A DNA stretch of 64,000 nt, taken from Kiritimatiellia bacterium. GTDB taxonomy: Bacteria; Verrucomicrobiota; Kiritimatiellia; RFP12; DVOR01. Shown here in pieces: positions 57,973 to 64,000 of the stretch. The stretch lies in contig JAFXKZ010000002.1 of assembly GCA_017531445.1 (NCBI GenBank), positions 85,213-149,212 on the forward strand. The letters are read 5' to 3'. A program made the position numbers and the translations under genes. Within the stretch, counting starts at the first letter, position 1. The number at the start of each line of letters is the position of its first letter. The notes beneath the pieces are model-generated. The model ran no database searches, had not been told where the DNA came from, and saw only the letters and a list, made by a program, of their open reading frames with translations.

Positions 57973-58147
57973 ATTTTCGCAACCTTGAGCAAAAACTCAA
58001 AAAAGCCCCAAAAATGACGTAAAACTTAGTTTACCACAAAAAGCATTTCCACTTTTTCAAAAAAATCTTCAAAGCCTTTACACAGCACTTCAAAATCCAC
58101 AAAACCTCTCCTTTTCGCGCATTCCAAATCACTTCTCTACAAGTATA

Positions 58148-58601
58148 TCACAATGCCAAGCCGCTACATTCACTCGTTACCCCAAAAGAGCACTCAAAAG
58201 CGTAAATGATGCTTAAAATAAAACGCTCAATGTGAAAAGAGGGATTAAGCGTAAAAAGGAGATAGTGTGAAAAGAGCGCAAAGCGCGCACGGGAAATTCC
58301 CGTCCCCACCTCAAAATCAATCCACACGAAAGAAAGCCCTCCCCCAGAACTAGAACGAATCGCTGTAACCCCTGGTAATCCATTAACAGAAGACTCTATT
58401 GGAATTGTCACCAAACGCTCCACCTCATCTGCTGAAAGCCCCCCCAGCCTCCGTCTGAATAACAATACGCGGCACCGAAATGTCTGGAAAAACATCCACC
58501 GAAAGGTTTTTAGAGACATGCCAGCCCATTACCGCTAAAATACCCACAATAGCCAAAATGGTTTTTGGCCACTTCAAAATCAATGTAAAGAAACGCAACA
58601 T
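58148..58601 (-). pseudogene. Truncated, frameshifted CusA/CzcA-family heavy-metal RND efflux gene remnant
   Basis: LSVDVFPDISVPRIVIQTEAGG, then a +1 G in a G7 run (58439-58445), then LSADEVERLVTIPIESSVNGLPGV..IRSSS..GLSFVWIDF. Homology is lost after about 58280. Confidence 0.85.
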
Positions 58602-58681
58602 AAAAAAACACCTTCCTTCAATCAAACGAAACCCATTGAGCGTGAACGCTCAAGGACCTTTCAATTGGAGCAAAAGGCGTT

Positions 58682-59092
58682 TTACGACCGCGGATAAAGT
58701 CGAGGTGCTAGAGAAATATAATCATACGATCGCCACGGAGGGGCCGTTGGCAAAGGGATAACACCGCGTAACAAAAGAGGATTTGACACTTTTATAGCCA
58801 TCACCACAGGGAGCGGCATCCCCACGGGTAAAGTCCCCCTTTTTAATAAAGAACCCTCTAAAAGCGCATCTAAAGCATCAATGGAAATCTCAACACATCC
58901 CTCCGCACCAGACGCAGCGCATCCCGTATCTGAAACATCCTCAAAACAATCACAATGAGCCGTGCCGCAGTTGTCATAATCCTCCACACACAAACACTGC
59001 GAAACACCTAGCAACACACTCATATTCACGACAGCCGCCGCAAGTAACATAGCTCCAACACCTTTTAGAAATTGACGTAACCCACTTCTCAT
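58682..59092 (-). CDS. Small exported Cys-rich protein of the type that precedes heavy-metal RND operons (DUF2946/CzcI-like)
   Basis: Hydrophobic N-terminus, CLC..CGTAHCDC..GC..GC and a C-terminal TAPP; directly upstream of the czcA remnant. Confidence 0.5.
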   Translation of the reverse strand: MRSGLRQFLKGVGAMLLAAAVVNMSVLLGVSQCLCVEDYDNCGTAHCDCFEDVSDTGCAASGAEGCVEISIDALDALLEGSLLKRGTLPVGMPLPVVMAIKVSNPLLLRGVIPLPTAPPWRSYDYISLAPRLYPRS

Positions 59093-59243
59093 AACACCTA
59101 CCTCATAGCATGACGCTTTCACTTTCGCAAGAGAAAACCATCTTCAGAAACAGGCCGAAAAGTTTACAAGCGTACCACAGGGGTAAAAGATGAAATCAAA
59201 GAAGAAGCACATCTTCAATAACACCACACGCTCTCACCATTGA

Positions 59244-60776
59244 CTACTTCGTTGTTTGACTCCCCTTTGCTCGCCATTGAATCTTTTTTTTCGCCTTTAA
59301 ATGCAAAACTTGCCCATACGCACCTGTATCCGACGAAGTGAAACTTGTCGCATTCAAAGCGTCTTTTTGCGCCCATGGTAAGACTACGCGCTCAACCGTA
59401 TCTGGAAGCGTTATCTCTCCAAACAACTTAGGCGGCACATGTACAGGCTGCGTCATATCAGCACGTCGGTATAAAATCCCATCCAATGCGACAAAGGTCT
59501 TATTGTCAGGATGGCAAGCAATATACTCCAATCGTGGGAACTTCTCCCAAAACTCAGGCACAATTGTTGTCACCTGCTTAGGAATGCCCATGCGGACGAC
59601 GTTAATCAATGTGAATTCTGGAATGGGTAATTCTGGTGGCGCGACATCTGCATAAATAAGATTCCCCATATAGCGCGGATTGGGCATTGCCGCCTCTAAA
59701 TCCCCATCAATAAAGGCTTCCGCATAACGCGCATTCATCTGCTTCATGTTATTTTCAACGAATCGCATCACCCCAAAAATACTTGCCACCGCGACCAAAC
59801 AGCCCACAGCAACACAGCCTAACCAAACCCACATCCGATGACGCCGTGCTTTATTTACACGATTCGTCACTGTGGGAAGCTGCTTTAAATAGTCCACAAT
59901 TTCCGCCATAGAGCCCCATCGATTCTCAGGCTTTTTCTCCAAGCACCGCTCAATCAGTTTATCCCAAGCGGAATTCAACCCAAATTCAGAGGGACGCTCC
60001 CACACACCCACAGGATAATACCCCGTTAAAAGACGATAACACATCACACCAAAAGCATAAATATCCGTAGCCGGAGCCGGATGATAGCCTAGTTCATATT
60101 GTTCTGGTGCCATATAATCTGGCGTACCACAAATGCCATTCCCATCAGGATTCTCACTCATATTCTGAAGATGAGCAATGCCAAAATCTGTAATCACAGC
60201 ATGCCCATCTTCTCGCAAAAGAATATTACACGGTTTCAAATCACAATGAATCACCCCATCCCCAAAATTATGTGCATAGTGCAATGCCGCTGCAATCTCA
60301 CTCAAAAGGACTCGCGCCACAGACTCCTTTAATGGCCCACTCTCATGAAGCACATCCTCTAACGTAAGCGCAGTACGTGCCATCATATTAACAGATGACG
60401 TTGCCCCCTGCTTGGCAAACCATGCCCCACCCAAAAGCATCTCTTTTCGACGTGCTGGTGAAACCCCCACATAATCCATCACAATATAAAGTCGCCCTAA
60501 CGCTGGATCAACACCTAATGTGTGCAAGGTGACAATATTACTATGTCGCAAACGTGCTGTAATGCGTGCTTCAGCGAGAAAACGCTGCGTCGCAGTTTGC
60601 TCATTCCCCGCCTGTGTGACAAGATTCATCATCTTAAGGGCAAACACCTCTTCCAATAGAGGATTCACCACCTTATAAACTTCCCCCATGCCACCTGTAG
60701 CACAAAAATGCATCACGCGATAATCACCGATTACCGTAGAAGGACTCAAAGAATTCGTTCCTGTTTGCATTGACAT
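59244..60776 (-). CDS. Hanks-type Ser/Thr protein kinase with a TM helix and an LRR-like extracytoplasmic domain
   Basis: GGMGEVY, FALK, FLAE, IHCDLKPCNILL, DFG, GTPDYMAPE and DIYAFG; TM WVWLGCVAVGCLVAVASIFGVM; C-terminal HPDNKTFVALDGILY..GEITLPDTV. Confidence 0.92.
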   Translation of the reverse strand: MSMQTGTNSLSPSTVIGDYRVMHFCATGGMGEVYKVVNPLLEEVFALKMMNLVTQAGNEQTATQRFLAEARITARLRHSNIVTLHTLGVDPALGRLYIVMDYVGVSPARRKEMLLGGAWFAKQGATSSVNMMARTALTLEDVLHESGPLKESVARVLLSEIAAALHYAHNFGDGVIHCDLKPCNILLREDGHAVITDFGIAHLQNMSENPDGNGICGTPDYMAPEQYELGYHPAPATDIYAFGVMCYRLLTGYYPVGVWERPSEFGLNSAWDKLIERCLEKKPENRWGSMAEIVDYLKQLPTVTNRVNKARRHRMWVWLGCVAVGCLVAVASIFGVMRFVENNMKQMNARYAEAFIDGDLEAAMPNPRYMGNLIYADVAPPELPIPEFTLINVVRMGIPKQVTTIVPEFWEKFPRLEYIACHPDNKTFVALDGILYRRADMTQPVHVPPKLFGEITLPDTVERVVLPWAQKDALNATSFTSSDTGAYGQVLHLKAKKKIQWRAKGSQTTK

Positions 60777-60785
60777 CTCCCACCC

Positions 60786-63700
60786 TCACTTCCTATAAAT
60801 CAATTTTAACGACTTGCTTCCAGACTCTGCACGTAATTGATTCACGGTCTGTTTGAGCTTTCTACCTCTTTTCAGATAAATACTGTTCAAATTTGCCATC
60901 TCATTCAAAGCACCGTCATAAAGTTTAAAGTTTGAACCAACTTCTTCTAAAGAGAGAGACGTGACGCGGGAATTAGTAGCAACAAATGCATTTGGGGCAA
61001 TCCCAACAATCTTTTTCCCGCCAAATTCTCTGGGAAGTTTGGGTGTCGCGTACGAGGCTTGATAAGACCATAACAGACAACTATCATTTGCGACCTTCAA
61101 GAATACCACGTCATTCTTTTCCTCCAACAAATTCCAATAAGGCTCTGCAGCCTTCCCGTTTTTATGTGTCCGAGAAAAGAGCGGATACTTTATGTTTGAA
61201 GGCAACATAAATGAATCTTGTGCAAATACTGGGATCCCTTCCGTTCCCAAAACAATCGTTTTACCACCGAAAAATGCTCCTGGCTCAATCATCAAGCGGG
61301 TAGCATCTTCAAAGTAGAGGTGCCCCACCCAATACTGACTAAAAGCGCCACGACGAATGCAACGAATGGGCTTACCATTGATTTCCGCAGGAATATAAAG
61401 CGTACTATCCGGTGAATTAAAGAATGCACGATCCGGCGTAAAACGTGTAATGGCAACGCCATCCCCAAATGCTTCTACTGCCACCTCGCTAGATTGTAAC
61501 ACACGATAACCGACTTGTTGACGCACTTGAACATTCGTCTGTAACGTCGCAGAGGAAATCGTTGAGGCAGTTGAATCAGACGGCACTAGCGTGTAGACAT
61601 TACCATTTTGTTGGTAACGATAAAGTGCACCATTCCCTTTCAATTCTAAGCGAAATGATGTTGGTACCTCCTCAAACGTGTAGGAGCCCACAATTCGAGG
61701 CAAAGTAGTTTCAGGCATTTCAACCTTCTCGAGTGCGGAACAATGCGAAAAAATAGCTTGAGGAAAATACTTCGGAGCCGAAAGAAAGGTCACCTTCTTC
61801 AAACTCGTACACCATTGAAACATCCATGCCCCCACGTTGAAGACATCCATCTTAAGCGAACGGGGCAGTGTTACTTCTTCCAACTTTTCCATGCGGATAA
61901 AACACGCATTCTCAATACGAGTAATCGTCTCTGGGAGCGTCAATGACCGAACCTCTTTAAAATCACCTAAAGCGCCACTCGCAAGCGTACTGACTTTAAG
62001 ACCATCTATTTGGTCCGGCACCACAATCTTTGTCACCGTTTTCGGCAAGTTACACCTTACAATCTTCAGCGTACCATCATCCAACACCTCCGTATCCCAA
62101 GTACTAAGAACATACGTCCCACTTTTCCACTTCTGTTCTCGTGGACTCCAATGACGAATTTGTTCACCCTCGATATGAAGTTCTAAAATATGTGTCTCAC
62201 TTGTGAGAGCACCTTTTGCAAATATGGGCTTTGCCCCTTTAGGAAAATGGAGCACCACAATGCCATACGGAGCATAATCCGCATTAATCGCCCTATTTTC
62301 AAAGTACACCTCTTTTTGTCCAAAATACAGATCAATCTTATTGTCTGCCGCACTCCCACCAATCCCAGAAAGCGCGTTATACTTAACGCGTGTTATGTTC
62401 GTAAAGTGTATCTCTGCAACCCCAAAACTCCGCCAAAATGGGCCGTAAGGAATCACGCCTGTAGACAATGTTGTTAATTGGGTGTCAAAGTTCAACTTCA
62501 CGTAATCAAATCTGCACCCAGTGATAACACGTCCACCAGTTGATTTCAAATTCTTAGGAAAGGTGATTTGTTTAATCTTTGAATTCTGAAAAACACTCTC
62601 ACCTAAGTTCTCCACAGAGTTGGGCAGTAGCGCGGCCTGAAGGGCTGACGCATTAAATGCCTCATCGCCAATTTCACGTAACCCTTCAGGGAAATTCACC
62701 ATTTGGATAGACGAATCCTTAAACGCTCTTTCGGCTATGCTCTTAATTGTCTTCGGCAAGACAACTTGCTCTAATTGCTTATTTTGCGCAAACGCACTTA
62801 CACCAATCTCAAAAATCTGTACTCCGTTATGTTCTTCTGGAATAACCAACCGCGTAGGAAGACTCACTCCTTTTGAAAAACCTTTTACAATATACCCATC
62901 TCCCCTTCTTTGAACAACTAAACCTGAATCTAATTGTTCAACCTCATTTGTCGTATCCTCTGAAATCAGCGTATACACATTATCCACATGCTCATAACGA
63001 TAGTGCGTCCCATTACCTTTCAATTCTAAGCGAAATGATGCTGGCACCTCCTCAAATGTACAACTACCATCAATTTGAGGCAACATTGTCCCAGGCATCT
63101 CAACCTTCTCAAGTGCGGAACAATGCGAAAAAATAGCTTGAGGAAAATATTTCGGAGCCGAAAGAAAGACCACCTTCTTCAAACTTTTACACCATTGGAA
63201 CATCCACTTGCCCACATCGGGTTCATCCATCTTAAGCGAACGGGGCAGTATCACCTCTTCCAACTTTTCCATGTGGATAAAACACGTATTCTCAATGCGA
63301 GTAATCGTCTCTGGAAGCGTCAATGACCGCACCTCTTTAAATTCTCCCAAGGCGGCACCCGCAAGCGTACTGACTTTACGACCATCTATTTGGTCCGGTA
63401 CCACAATCTTTGTTACCGTTTTCGGCAAGAGGCATTTTATTATTGAAAGCGTGCCATCATCCAGCACCTCCGTTTCCCAAAGGTTCAATTTTGCCGCGCC
63501 TGCCTTCCATTTTTGTTCGTTAAGATCCCAATGGCGTACAGGCTCTCCTTCAATGTGAAGCTCCAGCTGCCTCTTGATGTTAAATAACGCATTCTCCCTA
63601 AATGTCGGCTTCGCCCCTTTAGGAAAATGCAACTCAATTATTAAGCTTAAGTCTTCTTTGGCTGAAGATTCAAAAGCCCATGTATCAAAAATAACATTCT

Positions 63701-64000
63701 TTTGTTGGAAAAAGATCTTTAAACGATTATTCAAAGCCCCATGCCCAATAATGCTAAACGCATCCCTCATTACACGTGTTACGCTTGGCAAGTAAATTTC
63801 ATTAATGCCAAAGGTATACCAAAAAATAGATCGTGTAAGTATTTCTTGCTCCTCCGCAAAGATAATCTTTGCATTGTCAAACGAACATCCTGTCAAAATG
63901 CGTCCACCCATTTGTGTGACTTTCTTAGGGAAACGAATCTTTTTTAAGGCCGAATTTTGAAAAACACTCTCTCCCAATTCCTCCAAATAACTCGGCAATA
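60786..64000 (-). CDS. Large BspA-type LRR protein, C-terminal part (5' end outside the window), with a tandem duplication of about 1380 bp
   Basis: LGESVFQNS, LPETITRIE and IP..I.G..V..I LRR_5 motifs. The frame is open to the window edge; the block at about 63980-62960 repeats at about 62610-61590. Confidence 0.85.
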   Translation of the reverse strand, partial: LPSYLEELGESVFQNSALKKIRFPKKVTQMGGRILTGCSFDNAKIIFAEEQEILTRSIFWYTFGINEIYLPSVTRVMRDAFSIIGHGALNNRLKIFFQQKNVIFDTWAFESSAKEDLSLIIELHFPKGAKPTFRENALFNIKRQLELHIEGEPVRHWDLNEQKWKAGAAKLNLWETEVLDDGTLSIIKCLLPKTVTKIVVPDQIDGRKVSTLAGAALGEFKEVRSLTLPETITRIENTCFIHMEKLEEVILPRSLKMDEPDVGKWMFQWCKSLKKVVFLSAPKYFPQAIFSHCSALEKVEMPGTMLPQIDGSCTFEEVPASFRLELKGNGTHYRYEHVDNVYTLISEDTTNEVEQLDSGLVVQRRGDGYIVKGFSKGVSLPTRLVIPEEHNGVQIFEIGVSAFAQNKQLEQVVLPKTIKSIAERAFKDSSIQMVNFPEGLREIGDEAFNASALQAALLPNSVENLGESVFQNSKIKQITFPKNLKSTGGRVITGCRFDYVKLNFDTQLTTLSTGVIPYGPFWRSFGVAEIHFTNITRVKYNALSGIGGSAADNKIDLYFGQKEVYFENRAINADYAPYGIVVLHFPKGAKPIFAKGALTSETHILELHIEGEQIRHWSPREQKWKSGTYVLSTWDTEVLDDGTLKIVRCNLPKTVTKIVVPDQIDGLKVSTLASGALGDFKEVRSLTLPETITRIENACFIRMEKLEEVTLPRSLKMDVFNVGAWMFQWCTSLKKVTFLSAPKYFPQAIFSHCSALEKVEMPETTLPRIVGSYTFEEVPTSFRLELKGNGALYRYQQNGNVYTLVPSDSTASTISSATLQTNVQVRQQVGYRVLQSSEVAVEAFGDGVAITRFTPDRAFFNSPDSTLYIPAEINGKPIRCIRRGAFSQYWVGHLYFEDATRLMIEPGAFFGGKTIVLGTEGIPVFAQDSFMLPSNIKYPLFSRTHKNGKAAEPYWNLLEEKNDVVFLKVANDSCLLWSYQASYATPKLPREFGGKKIVGIAPNAFVATNSRVTSLSLEEVGSNFKLYDGALNEMANLNSIYLKRGRKLKQTVNQLRAESGSKSLKLIYRK

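Overview
A 64 kb stretch of bacterial chromosome, probably from the PVC superphylum and Kiritimatiellia-like. That placement is inferred from the secG-rpoZ-smpB order, an HTH-PTS IIA fusion, a YbeY with an Asp-substituted metal motif and the BspA-type surface proteins. Most of the window is housekeeping: gspF/gspG, lpxC, a sigma54 two-component pair, glnS, hemB, ybeY, a short purH, tRNA-Arg(CCG), ilvE/B/H, aroE, pilD, folB, clpC, tatA, smpB, rpoZ and secG. The main accessory features are: (1) a two-gene PUFA/PKS-like locus whose KS, AT and DH domains have lost catalytic residues while a fused Sfp-type PPTase is intact; (2) an AT-richer islet with a structured 5' leader, a DUF2971-like gene and two large BspA-type LRR surface proteins that share a C-terminal domain; (3) a cupin-lipoprotein/VOC/dhaK/dhaL/lsrF catabolic operon; (4) a G-to-C skew switch near 57.9 kb that coincides with a perfect 24-bp palindrome, a candidate replication terminus with a non-canonical dif site; (5) a membrane Ser/Thr kinase with an LRR-like ectodomain in an operon with a large LRR protein. 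There are also two in-frame premature stops (clpC and the first BspA gene), two gene fusions (pncC-ilvE, murU-amgK), a dispersed intergenic repeat family and apparently leaderless genes. No CRISPR array, rRNA, integrase or transposase was seen.
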